From Schizochytrium sp. TIO01 (Eukaryota; Protista; Bigyra: Labyrinthulomycetes): a stretch of DNA of 64,000 bases. Positions 47,468 to 61,100 of this stretch are shown here, in pieces. The notes under the pieces were generated by a model, which saw only the letters and a list, made by a program, of their open reading frames with translations, had not been told where the DNA came from and searched no databases. Made by a program: the position numbers and the translations under genes. The first letter of the stretch is position 1, and each line of letters starts with the position of its first letter. The stretch covers positions 5,094,845 to 5,158,844 of the forward strand of contig SMSO01000014.1 in the NCBI GenBank assembly GCA_004764695.1, read 5' to 3'.

Positions 47468-49108
47468 GGTACGCTCATTGCGATCTCGTGTCCTTGCTAG
47501 ATCGACATGAGATAGCACTGTGATGTCAGAATGTTGCACTACCACTGCTCGCTCAGCAGTGGTCAGCATCTTCTTCAGCAGGTCTGGCAGAGTTTCGGTA
47601 CATTTGAGGGGCAATCATACATGGCTACTGAGGTAGAAGCCGCGCCATGTAAAACAACCGATGTCCTCTGTCAAACAGTCTGCTTGATTAGAGAATGTCA
47701 AGGCACTAGATTCACTACATTTCGAGAAGCCGATCATTCAGTAAAGTGCAATAAACGCCAGAGAGATACCTCATAATACTGGTGAGGCTCCTGAATTTTC
47801 TACTTTGGCCGATTGGTTATCTGTCTTGACTGAACCAGATATATGAACCAGATATAGAGGTATTCCTTGAAGCTATGAAAACCTCAATGTCGTTCGAAAT
47901 GACCATAAGTATGCATGCCAGCCTGGAGCAAATCAATGGTTCACGATGGAACTAGGCGTAGGTAGTGCAATAGCTTTACGATTCTTCCTAAACAAACCAT
48001 CAAGGGCAGGTGGATCTAGGCTACACACTCCAGCTTCCATCGACAATTGCTGCAACACTCGTTTTAGGTATTCTTGTATATGACAGCATTTGCATTGACT
48101 AGCTATAAATCCGTCACTATGCAAGCTTATATAAGTAACTCTTGCACAACCTATCTCGTTAGCTAGTCTGAAGGACACTTGTTCTTTTGTTTTGTCTATC
48201 ATTCGTGGCACTATCCCTATCACCGCTACTATTGGCTCCAATTGTTGTTTTTTTTGTGTGTTTTTTTAAGGCGGGGGGCAAATTCTCTCATAAGTGTTCT
48301 TTCCTTTCGTCTCGCAGCTTTACCTAATTTACCTAACCATAGCACATCCCTCGTTTTTTATATTCTTCTTTTCTGAGGAAACGCCTGATTTATATAACAT
48401 CTAACAAATCAAGCGATTCGTTATCCTGACCCTCCTAGAGGATACACCCGCCCACCCATACTCCTTATGGCACAGTAACCGTGCTACTCAGTTGTACTGC
48501 AGCAAATGGCAGTGAGAGCGACATATGTGCGCTCAGTCGCGTGCCACGTGCCGCCCTTGCGACTTACAAGCGTGCATGATGCTGTACACGTTTCCCCATG
48601 TCCCTGTACGCTGCAGTGCACACCGTTTAAGAAGAGGTAACTTTTTTTTGGCTCGCTTGTTTGTATAATTTTTTCTGTAAAACCTGATGGTTGGAAATAA
48701 CCAACTCAATGATTTTAAAAAATATCCTACTTGCATAATATTTCATTCGTTATAGCTAGGTCGTTCGACCTCGCAATGAGTTGTCTAGCGGAAACTCGAA
48801 ACTGGTACATTGATCTTTAAAAACTAAACAGAATAAAATAAATTATTTTATGAGTCAGAGCTACTGGGAATTAATCAAAGTAACACCAATTGGAATTGAA
48901 ATAGTGTGTTGCACACATCCAGGCAGGCAAGTTAAAGATAATGAATAGATGTAAAGAGAATATATTTTTATATTTCTATGTTGTATGTCATATTTTTTAT
49001 TTCTTTTTTTCAAAATATATAAAAGTCTAATGAAAGTCACATTAGTTATTGACCGCTCTTGGTCTCATTGCGCCTGTATCTGTAGCCAGGGCTTATTTTA
49101 TTTTGTAT

Positions 49109-52100
49109 TTACTTGCGTGCAATAGCGTTGGCAATGGCAACCTCGGCAGTGTGCGAGATGGACACAGAAAGGTCGTTCACAGCCAGCATCTGAGAAACCT
49201 GCTCGGGGTGACCATGGAGGCGGATCTGAGGTGCTCCCGAAGGATTAGCCACAACCTCAATGTCCACAAGACTGGCGTGTCCACCAGCCCAGAGCGAGCG
49301 GGAATCCGGAGCAATGCTTGACAGTGCCTTGACGACGGCCTCCTTAGCAGCCCAGCGGCCCGCAAAAGATGCAGCAGGGTCCGCAGCAGACTTGCAGTAA
49401 GCAATCTCAGCTTCCGTGAAGTTGCGCTGGATAAAGTCTTGTTTGCTACCTGCGTAGTCCGCAAAAGTGCTAACATTCTCCACATCAACTCCGACTCCGA
49501 CACCAGATCCTCCGGCACGAGCTGCAATTCCAGCCGCCTGCTCTGCCATAGTCATCTGAAGACGGTCCTTGGCAGACATTTGTGCGCTCTGGGAAGCCGA
49601 CTCCGAAACAGGAGCAGCAGCGGGCTTCGGGCTCGATGGGGCCTGGGATGAAGCAATCTTCGGCATTCCAGAAGAGGTGAGTCCTGCTGCAGAGCGGAAA
49701 GTCCAGGTGTTCTCCTTGGCATCGTACGAAGCACGAGCAAGCGGGTCGAGGTAGACAGCCTCCTCGAGCTCTGCCGGGTATGGCGGGTGCTCCTTGACAA
49801 TGACCATGTTGCGCGATCCCGACATCACGTTCTGCGCGTTACGGAAGGTGCGACGCTCGCGAATGTTGCGTGCCTCAATGTAGTTGGCAAACGCCTCAGG
49901 GCTGAGAGTGGCCAGGAGGCGGTCCGGGTGAACGATGACAACCTCGGCTCCGGCTTGGCCAAAACCAAAGCTCTTGAGCAGAGCCGCCTCGATCTTAGGA
50001 AGCTGCACAGGCTCGTTGGGGTACACAAGGTAAGAGTTGGTTTGAAGCTTGACATCCACATTGTCCAAGTTGCGGTTGCCTGGTACACGAGCATCGAGCA
50101 TGCACTGCACAAGTCCGTTCACCATCCATGCGCATGCAGCACCCTTGGGGTGACCCGTAAGATACTTCTGTGCGACAACAAAGAGAACGTTACCCTTAGA
50201 ACGTCCGAGGTGCTCCATCTGCTTGTTAAGTACCCCGGATTCGTTCGTGTCATTCAACTTGGTACTGGTTCCGTGAAAGCTTGCAACACCGAGATCGTCT
50301 ACACCGAGGCCCCAGACTGCAAGAGCTCCACGGAGGGGTGCGATGCTAGGGTCGTTCTTGAAGAAGCCCTGGCCCCAGGTCTCAAGAGCCGCAGCGCGGC
50401 GCTTCTGCACGAGGCGCTCGAGGAAGGCTGCGTCTTCTCCCTCACTCTGCTCCTTTTGAGCGTTGAGAGTCTTAAGAGCGTCAAGCTCCATTTCGAGTCC
50501 CTGGCGACGACGTTCAAGCGAGAGCATCGGCGAGACGCCAGCCTTGGTAGACTCGCGAGCAGAGGTAAGGATACCACGTCCAGGTGCCGGAATGGATCGG
50601 CCCTGCTTATCAGTGGCAGTATTAGTAAGTGCCAGAATAGCGAAGATAGGAGCACCCATTTCAAGAGCAAGCTCAGCATCCATAAGGACCTGGATACCAG
50701 CACCGTGAGACTCAACAAAGCCGGCACGAGAGCTAGACATGGGCCGAGAGCTCTCACGAACAGTGCGACCGCGAGCTGCGTCGAGGACAGTGTTGTTGGT
50801 GGCACCCATTTGTGCGAACTCATAGCTGCCCTCCTCTCCGAAGTCATCATAACCTCCAGCAATCACCACACGTGCCTTGCCGCTGAGGATAGTCTCCATA
50901 CCGATATCAAGCGACTCAGCTGCAGTAGCGCAAGCTCCAACAGGTGTCTTAATGGGACCTGAACTGCTGACCAGGAGCATGTTCACCCAAGCAGGCATGG
51001 TGTTGATGAAGGACTCTGCGAGGGTATCGCTGGGGATATCCTCATCGAGCTTGCGTTGGTGGAACATGCGCTTGAGGGAGCGCATACCGCCCATGCCACC
51101 TCCAGAGGTGTTACCCACCTCACTCACGTGTACGTATTGGTACAGCTCATACGGGTCAGAGAGACCTGCAGCCATGAGCGCCTCAACAGTACTTACCAGA
51201 GTGTACAGGGTCACCGGGTCCACACTGTTAGCGATATCTGCAGGTAATCCAAGGCGGCGAGCATCCCATCCAGTAGGTACCTGGCCAGCTACGTTGCGGT
51301 TGAATTTGAGGGCCTTGGCAATAGAAACCTCAGCACCCTTCTTGACACGCATCATGTATTGGCCATCGGAGGGCCGAGCGAAGACATCACAGCACTCTTC
51401 GCCGAGCTCCTTCATGTACTGGAGGCCCTCCTCGAGTGAGGCAAGCTCGATGGCCGGCATATCACGATCAAGGACGACACTGTGAAGAAACCTCTTCGCG
51501 TCAGGGTTGTATCCCTCGAAGATGGCGGGCTCTACAATACGGATACCGCAGCTCTGGAGAAGAGTCTTCTCGTATCTACGCTTGACCTCATGGTCTGCAA
51601 CGGCCTCGCCTGAGGTGGCATCCACCCAGCCGACGTACCTCTGGCGCGGCGGTCCAGACGGGAGTGGACCATCGTGTCTCTTGATAAGGCCGACCATCCA
51701 TGCGAGCTCAATAGCTCCCTCGAGAGAGAACTCACCATAGCTCTCCATCTCCCAGCGGGTACGAGCGTTACCCCAAGGTCCAACTTCACCGTAACCGGTA
51801 ATGACGACAACCTTACGGAGGTCCACCATACCTTCAAGAGCACTCAGAGACTTGCGTGCCTCCTCGGATGGAAGAGTCGGGAACGGTGTCATGCCGAGCA
51901 TTGTTCCTGCAAGAGGTCCTGCAGATTCAGGCGGGGGAAGTTCACGACCACCCTCAGGCTTCTTGGACTCCTCAAGCTGGTTGCTAGTTGCCACAGCACG
52001 AGCAATGCGAGACTTAGTCATGAGCTCGCTGCGGAGACCGTCAGCAGCGTCCTTCATGTTGGGAATCACAACCCAGTTGCCGGTGAGGTCAGCCCACAGA

Positions 52101-55100
52101 GGCTCCTCAGCAGCGAGAGTGACCATGCGCGGGTGGAGGAGACCCACAAGGTTGAAGTTGGTCTCTTCGGGCGCGAAGGTGCGGCATCCGAGAGCCTCAA
52201 TGCCAGGCGCAACAATATTGTTGTGCTCCATGAGAGCAGAACGAGTCCAGCCAATAACACAAGCCGCGAGACTGAGGTAGTCACCCCAGCCTTCAGAAGA
52301 CCACTTGTTAAGCAGGGCCTCACAGCCAAGCTTAGACTCCGCGTAGAGACCGTCGTTGCCGAATTCACCGTGGTTGGGTGAGCAAGGAATGAGCACCATT
52401 GCAGGACGGGTCACGATGCCGCGGGAAGCCTTGGCATCACGAAGAGCACCGAGGAGACGCACAACGTTGGTCATCATCATACGGTGCGATGCCTCTGAGG
52501 CGGCGTCAATGGATGAGATGTCCTTGCCCTGCTGGGCTGCGGCGGCGAAAGGTACCACAAAGTCTACGTCAAGACCAAGCTGCTCGTAGGTGTAAGCCAC
52601 AATGCTCTTCATGTCCTGGGACGAGGCACAGTTGCAAGGAACAAGGTAAAGTTTTGAGTCCTTGGCGCCGAACTCCTTGTAGATATTCTGGAAGCGGGCG
52701 TACTCCTTGGTGAGCGCATTCTCCGAGCGAGCAGTGCGCATCGCGCAGAGCACGGTGGCACCACCCTCGAGAAGTGACTTAACGAGCTCGGTACCGATGG
52801 AACCTGCTCCAGCACCTGTCACAAGTGCAACCTGGCCTGCAAAACTCACACCGCTGGTGGCAATCTCATCGAGGCAGGAGAAGTACTCGGAAGTCAGCTG
52901 CTCGTTCAAGATCCGAACAGACTTGTCAACGCCAGAGAGCGACTTAAGGTGCACGAAAGGAACCTGCTTAGACACATGGATACTCTCGTAGCCGTTCTTG
53001 AGCGAGGAGGTGGAAATCTTGCCAGGCGATCCCGCGTCTTCGCCAGAGCTTGCAGCGTCGCGACTCACAGTAAGACGGAGGCGGTCCAAGGTCGGGCCTT
53101 CAGGGAGTGCCTCCTTAGACTCTTCTGAGGCTTCGTCGGCCTCGAGGTCAAGGGCCTCAAGACCGCTGCCACTACGGTTGTTGAGTTCACGAGCAAGCTC
53201 AGCCTCACTGCGAGGACGACGCCAGCCAGAGGCGAGTTCACCATCAGCAGGCTGAAGTCCAGTAGAGTCAGCTGCTGGAGGGAGCGCAAGCTGTCCGTCG
53301 CCAGCTACGTTGACAGCCTGCGAGGGGTTCGCTACGCGAGCTGGGCTACGGCGCACATAGAAGAGACCACGACTCATCTCTGCGACATAGCGCACGGCGT
53401 CAGGCACACCCTCGCGGGGAGTCTCGAAGTAGTCCACGGTGCCGTTGTCAAGCACGCGAACGTTCGGCGAAACAGGGTCAAAGGTAGCAACGTGCACAGG
53501 CACGTTGTTGAGCCAACACTGAACCTGCTCTGCGAGAAGTGCGATGGCCTGTGCATAGTCTACGTGACCTGCCTCGTGCATTGAGTTGGCAAAGAACTTG
53601 ACAGCCTGCAGCAGTTGCGGCGTGGCACGGTTGCAAAGGAAGTTACGGAACCACGCAGTGGGCGGTACCTCGGAGGAACTTGTGCCCAGGAGCCATTTGG
53701 ACATGTCCTCGAAGTGAGGGTTAGCATCTCCAGCGGGCAAGCCTGTGCTCTGGCCCTTGCGTGCCTCGTTCAGCCGGCTAAGAACGTGGAGGTGCATCTG
53801 CATTGCATCTTGCACCACCCAGTTCCAGAACGAATCATACACGCGTACGCGCTTCTCATCAAACTGAGGCTGCACACGCTCGCAGAAGTCCACAGTGAGC
53901 TCAGCATGAATAGCGTCCAGCTTGGCTTCTGTTTCTCCGCGAAGCTTGCGCTCCACATCAAGGAGGCGGTCGGCATGAAGAGGGTCCTGCTCCATAAACC
54001 TCTGGAGAGCCTCAAGCTGGGTCTCGACCATGCTCTGAAGGTTAGCCTTAAGTCCATTAACTTCCGCAGAGGAGACACCGGGACCAGCGAATCCCATCAT
54101 GGCTCCGCCACCGCCACCAGCTCCGGCACGCGGGATGTCAATGCCCGCAAAGGATCCGTAGGCTCCACAAACGGTATCAAGCCATGCCTTGGCATCTTCT
54201 GCACTCTTGATACGCTCCTTAGGAGCCATCGTCAGTGAGTGGATCATGACAGACTCCACACGGCCGGCCGGCAAGAGACGATCACTTGCAAGATAAGCAC
54301 GAGCAGCGCTCAAACCAAAGCCTCCAGGCAAGCATTGTCCAAGAACCTTGTTGATATCGCGTGTAAGGACCTTGCCCGGTCCGCTGTAGCCTGCCTGAAA
54401 GGCAGCTGCCAGCTCAGTGAGCGGCTTCTGCGCACTGTCATCTCCCTCAGCACCGAATTCGGCTGCGAGGTCACCTGCGACCTCGTTTTGGAGAGCACTC
54501 TTTCCGTTACTCAGTGAAGCAACAGTCGCGGAATCAGAGATCTCGTTAAAGCCCTTCTCAAACTTGGTTGCGAGCATCACGCGCATCGCGTGAAGCGCTG
54601 ACACAGGCGCATCGGGGGGCGGTACTGCAGCTGGTCCTCCCATGGACATCATCTGCGGCATCATCATCATTCCTGAGGGAGCACCTCCTGCGCCACCCGC
54701 GCCTGCAGGGGACAGTGAAACACCGACATCGTCTCCGTAAGCCTTGCAGACAGAGTCAAGCCACTGCTTGCCCTCCTCTTCAGACTTGAGGCGCTTCTCG
54801 GGCGCCATTGTGCATGAGTGGAGCAACACTGAGAAGTTGCGGCCAGTGCCAAGTCCCCAGTGTTGGGTGAGGTAGTCCTTGGCAGCATTGGCGCCAAAGC
54901 CGCCGGGCAAAGCAGCAGAAAGGGTACGAGTCACAAGCTTGGTGGACACTGCACCGGGCTCCTTGTAGCTCGAGAGGTTGCCGGCAAGCTCACTCAGAGG
55001 CATCTCGCCAGCGTTATCAGGGATGCCACCCTTAAACTCCGCCGAGAGTTCGCCCATGATTTCGTTCTGGACGGCACTGCGACCAGCGCTCAAAGTCTGG

Positions 55101-58100
55101 ACAGAGGTCGAGGCAGGTATCTCGCCAATGGGTTTCTTGAGCTTAGAGGCGAGCAGGACTCGGAGCACGTGTTTTGCGTCCACGGGCGCATCGGGAGTTG
55201 AGGCACCACCAGAAGGAGCAGGGGCCGGGGCAGCTACAGGGGCGGGCGCAGGCTTGGGAGCCACGGGCGCAGGTGCAGGTGCAGGAGTGGGAGCCGGAGC
55301 AGCAGGTGCTTCAGAAACCTCACCCTCTTCACTGTCACCAGCTTCGCTCTCCATCTCAGCCTTGAGCTGCTCAACAAAGGCAGCGAATGAAGGGCCTTCA
55401 TCGTCGAGCTCGTAGTAGACGCGCTCACGGTCGTTCTTCCACCACATGATCTCAGGGTTGTACTCGTCGGCATCACCAAATGCACCCGACTTGAGGGTGT
55501 GCTTAGCCATCGTGGTGAGCGTGGCGGCAGGTCCCATCTCGATCACGCGCTGCACGCGAGCACCAAACATGAGATCCTGAGTCTCAATCCAACGCACAGG
55601 CATAGCGAACTGGTGAGCGAGCAGTTCAATCACCAGAGTACGGCACTTCTCTGCCGGAGTGGCAGAGTCGTAGTCCGCAAGAAGCTCGAGCATCGGAGCA
55701 GAACCAGTCACCTTCTGCACCTTCTCGGCGTAAGAGCGGTCAAGCGTAAGCACCTCGGCCGTGACGTTAGGGATGTAGTTGCCAACAAGACGGTGGTAGA
55801 TGCGCTCCATGGTGCTAAGAGCAAGACGAGGCGAGAGCAGCTGACGGAAAGCACCGACGCCGGGGAGGAGCTTGCGCGAGTGGAAAGGCACGTCGATTCC
55901 GGGGAGCGGGATCGTAGCCTTGCCGCGCTTGAGAGGCTCTTTACGGCCTCCACGCTTGGCGAGACTTGCAAGAGCAGCCTGGGCACCCTTCTCGGCAAGC
56001 TCGGCAGCATTGCGGTTGCCAGTAGCAAACGCAAGGTTGAGCGCCTCGCCAAGAGCATCAAGAGCAAGAAGCTCACCAGCCACAACGTACTGGGTGTAAC
56101 GCACGTTGTAGTTGACAATCTGGAGAAGCGGCTTGCCAAGATCCTCACGCTCACAGAGCAGGTCGACGACCTCGCCGAGGGTCTCAGGGGTGAAGCCACG
56201 GCCAACACGAAGTGGGTTGGCTGCAACCATTGCGTAGTTTGAGGTTCCATCGGCATCGCGAGGGACAGCGTTCTGCATGACCATACCACGGAGGAAGACA
56301 GTCTCTACGAGATCCTCGACGGAGAGCACGTCAGCAAAGCCGGCAAGGGCGGCATACTCACCGAGCGAGTGACCAGCGAAGAAGGCCTTCTCAGGCACAA
56401 GCCCGGCCTCGCGAAGTTCCTCAAAGGCAGCCTTCTGTACAAGCACAAGAGCAGGTTGGGAGAACTGTGTCGCGAAGAGCAGACCGGTAGGTGAGTTGAA
56501 GGTAAACGACTTGGTAGTGCTGGAGATCTCCGGAATCAACGGCATCTTCTTGCCAGTGGTCGGGTCCTCAGTCTGCAAGCTACGAAGGTTCTCACGGATA
56601 ACCTTACCACGAGGGCCACCAAAGTGAACAGTTAGAGACTTGGGGTTCTCGCGCACAATCTGCAAGATGGAGAAGCCATAGCGGTTACGCAAGTACTCAT
56701 CTGCGACATCCCACACCTTGCGAACAGTGGCACTTGCTGCATAGCGGTCCATACCCATGCCAGGAGAAGCCGAGCCTTGGCCAGTAAAGAGGTAAGCCGT
56801 GGTTGGCTGCTCAAGCTCAGCACGAGCAGTCATGACGAGAGCACGGTCAGAAGCACGGTTTACACTGAGGTTGATCAGCATAAGACCATCCTTTACACCA
56901 GTCTGCTTAGCAGTGACCACAAGCTCATCACCACAGTGGACCATGTCAACAAAGGATGCCTCGTATGAGACAATGCGTGCAGGGTTGCCACCAGCAGGGC
57001 CCTCCTCAAGACGAGCACGGGCCATGCAGGCAGTCCACATGCCATGGACAATAGGCTCGCCACCGGGAAGATCAGCAAGGACAGCAAAAGCAGACTCACG
57101 GTGGATGGGGTTGGCATCGCGAGAACCGCGAGCGTACATGGTGCAGTCCGCAGGGGCCGGAACAACCACGGGCTCGGCAATGAGCTCGTAGCCGCCATTC
57201 TCGGCAATGTGGCCATTGTGCATGGGCTCACTGTACTTCTCAAGGAAGGACATGACAGGGTTGAGCTGGAACTCCTCACCCTCAGATGAGGCGAACTCCA
57301 CAGTGCCAGCCTTGACCTTGGAGCTGGTATCCACATCAACAAAGTCGTCGCTCTGGGTACCGCTCACAGAAGAATTCGTCGGAGACCCCAGAGGAGTGGA
57401 ACCACTGTTGCTGCTCTTAACTGAGGTAGACTCGATGAAGACATCACCAGTCACCTTAATATCCTTGAGACGGTTCGGACCGGCAAAGCGGTTAGAAACG
57501 TGCGAGAGGCTAATGGTGACACGGTCACCTTCCTGGACCTTGCGGCCATTGTCAAGTTTGATCCAAGCACGGGAAGCCACGAGCTCAGCCACAGTCGCGT
57601 CCTTGACATCAATGACGTGAGTCTCGGCCGGGAATTCCTCAAAGGTGGTGGCATACTCCTCGGGAGTCTCTGCAACGCCACGAATCAAGAAAGCAGAGTT
57701 CATCTCGACCCACATCTCAGGCGTTGCGTTTTTGTCGGAGGCACGCGTAATGATGCCCTTCACGGCGACCTTCTTGCCAACCTTGGGCTGAATGGTAATG
57801 CCAGTGATACGAACCTCAGAACGGATGACTTCACCAGCCTTGACCGGGGTGCGGGTCTTGGGGTTTGGCAGGCGAATGCCGTTCGTGAGGTGCACAAGCT
57901 TCAAGAGGTTGCTCTGGAGCTCCTCAACGAAGAGAGCACGAGCAAGCGGGCGCCACCCAGCCATGATGGAAATATCAATAGGAGCCTCTGCAGATCCATT
58001 GTACTCAGTGTGAGTACCACGGTTGAAGGCCTCAATGTTCTCCGAGGTGACAACAACTTCGTCAGTGAAGGTATCGCCAGCGTGGAACTCGCCCTGGCAG

Positions 58101-61100
58101 TCCCAAGCAGTACGGTAAAGCTGCTTAGTGGCAGAGAGGTTATCCTCCTCAGTCTGGAAGATGGGACGGAGAGAAGTCAGATCAATGGTGAACTTCTGTT
58201 TGAGCACTGCACCAGCCTCCTTGTCAAAGACCTGGAGCTCGGCAAGCTTATTGTCACTGCCAACCTGAGAGAGGGTAGCCACGGTAAGTCCACGTTCCGG
58301 GTCTTGGACGTTGATGCTTTCGAGACCACCTTCCGAGGTGTACTTGACCTTTTCAAAGGCCTCGCGCTTGAGGACCTTTGCGATTGGGTTCGGCACAAAA
58401 GAGCGGCCACGAACGAGCTGAGGGGTCTCCGAGATAATCTTGAGAACGCTGGCCTGCTGAAGTTCCACAGGGGCAAGCACGTTCACCTTGACCTCGTCGC
58501 ACTTGAGGTCGCGAACAAGATCCTTGTGAATGTTGCCCATAATATCAGCGATGGGCTCGTCGACAATCGTCGAGTAACGAGCTGCCACAGGGCCGTGGAG
58601 AACACAAACACGACCAGGGTCGCGGTCAGGCACGGCATCGAGCTGCTCAGAGAACCAAAGAGAGTCCTTCTTAACCCAGAAGACGAGGTCCTCATCTACC
58701 ACAGGCACAAAGTTTACGGGCTTGCCGCGAGTGGGCACCTTACAGAGGTCAAGGAAGTAGGTCACATCATCATCGGCCATAAGGCTGTCCTCAAGAGCTG
58801 GAATAGCAGCCAAGAAGTCAGCAATAGCCTTGTCTGGGTCCTCCATCAAGAGCTTGTTGGAGGGAACAACCTTGTCCATCTTGTCCTTGGCCAACCGGGC
58901 TGCGGAACGCTGCATCATAAGCATTACACGGGAAGCATAGGTTGGGTCAATCCAGCGAGTTGGGGCAAGGCGTCCAGCCTTGTCACCACCGTTCTTAATG
59001 TGCATCAACTGAACCATGCGCTCGAGGACCTCAGCGTATGTCATGTCCTCGACCTCGCAAACGGACCCATCACGCTTACGACCAAAGTACGGCTTCTGGA
59101 AGTCAGCGTTGAGTTTGGCGATGATCTCATCCTTGGCGGCAAGAATGGCGTCACGGCGTTTCTCGCCGCGAGGAAGACTAAAGAAGCGCTTGTCAAACTC
59201 GCGCCACAGAAGAATACCGCGCGTGGCGAGTTTGTGGATAGGCTCACCAAGCTCAGACTGGACGGTGACAACACCACCAGCAACCTCGTCATAGGATTTC
59301 TCCCAAGAGAGTTCATCCTCAAGACCAGCGGCATCGACAATAAGCTGCTTGACCTCCGGAGCGGTGGCAGCTTCCTTAGCCACCATGCAACGAGAGCCAA
59401 AGAGAACACCATCGACGGGCATTTTCGCGAGGCGACCGAACTTGGGGCTCTGAGACCAGGAACCGTCGAGGTAAGTCATGACACCTTGAGCATCTCCAAA
59501 TCCAGAGCCAATGACCAGAATGATGTTGTCGTGCTGGCGGATCTCCTCGTAGGTGGCAAGAAGAGGCTCGTGAAAGTCCTCGAAGGAGTGATGGCCACCA
59601 CCACGACCGGAAGTCCACTGAAGCATGATGTTCATGGAAGGACGAAGCGAGGCCAGCTGAAGAACATCGCGGATAGCCTGCTTGGAGCCAGGCTTGAAGC
59701 CAATGAGGTTAATTCCAGCGCCCTGGAGGCCGTCGAAGATATCTTTGGCCTTTTCCTCTGTAGGCACACCAGCACCAATAGTGATGGACTCGATTGGGAG
59801 ACCAGCCTTTGCGAGTTCACAGACGAGGGGAAACTGAAAGCCCCACTGGTATGCGTTAAGATACAGCATGTTGATGGCCATACCGACGCCAGGGTTGAGC
59901 TTGCTTGCGAGCTCCTGGACCTTCATTTTGAAGAGATCCGGGGTCGGGAGGCCTCCGGCAGCGAGCTCTGCGTTGTAGCCAGCATTGGCGCAGGCTGCGA
60001 CGAGATCGATGCCGTGGAAGGAGGTGGTGGGCGTCATGCCCGACATCATTACAGGTGCACGTCCAATCGTGCTGGTGTACTTGGTCATAAGGACGCGCTC
60101 GCCATCACAGGCACGCACAGCGATTTTGGGCGCGAACTTCTCACCCCAAGGAGTTGCGACCGGGATGCGCTCGGGCTTCTCCGCAGTGAGGATGGCTGCC
60201 AGCGACTTCGCGCTCGAGCGGCTTGAGGATGAAGAAGCAGTAGCAGCGTTCTCCTTGGACTTGGAGTCAGGATCATTGGCCTGGATGACCTGAATGCCAG
60301 TGCCGACGAGGGCGTTGGCCATGAGGTGCCCAGCAACACTGCCAGGTCCAAAGCTAATGAGGTGCGAGGCTTTGCAGTCTGCCTCTGCTGCACGAAGGGT
60401 GCTGAGAAGGTTGGCGCTGGAGACGAGTGTGTTACGAGCAAGCATGTTTACGACCTGGCTGGGCTCCATCTTTCGCAAGTCTGCGCCCTTCTCAGTGTCC
60501 CAGACCGGGATGCGAAGAGTCCTTTGCGCAAGTTCCTGGCCAAAGGCTGAGCTAGCTGCCCAGGCGGCGACCTGCTCAAATGCCTCTGCGTTAAGAGCAC
60601 TGTGAAAGGGTGCGGTCATGCGAAGAAATGTCGTCTGCGTTACGGGCTTGCGCTTGGAAAAGGGTACACGCGCCTGAGCCTCCTTACCGACCTCGGCGCT
60701 CATGGAAACAATGACCTTGCGCAGCATGCGGAGGTCCTTGGGCTCGCCACAGACCACATAGTCGTCTGTGCCGTTGCACAGGGCAATACCAAGACGCTGC
60801 GAAGCATTCGGGGCAGCCTTGTCGTCCTTGGAGGATGTGGAGAACTTGGCCATCATGGTCTCTTTTTGTACGGCAAGCTTGGTGGCCTCCTTGAAGGCCT
60901 TGAGAAGGGTAGCCTCGCTCATGCCTTGCACGGACAGCATGGGGGACTCGGGTCCTGCGGAGCGGCGTGAGAGCTCGAAGTTCATGCTCTTCTGGGCGCC
61001 AAGACCAATTTGGGACATGAACTCAAGGCCTGCGACGGAGAGGTTGCGAAGCTCGCGATCGGTGGATGCGGCAGCAGTGACGGCAGCAGCCACAACGCCC

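Noticed and set aside
57500-60226. 908-aa plus-strand ORF (also 49787-50962, 55499-56242 and others) antisense to FAS
   Set aside because: Shadow ORFs in codon register with FAS, caused by its avoidance of TTA/CTA/TCA codons. Non-ATG starts and no motifs.
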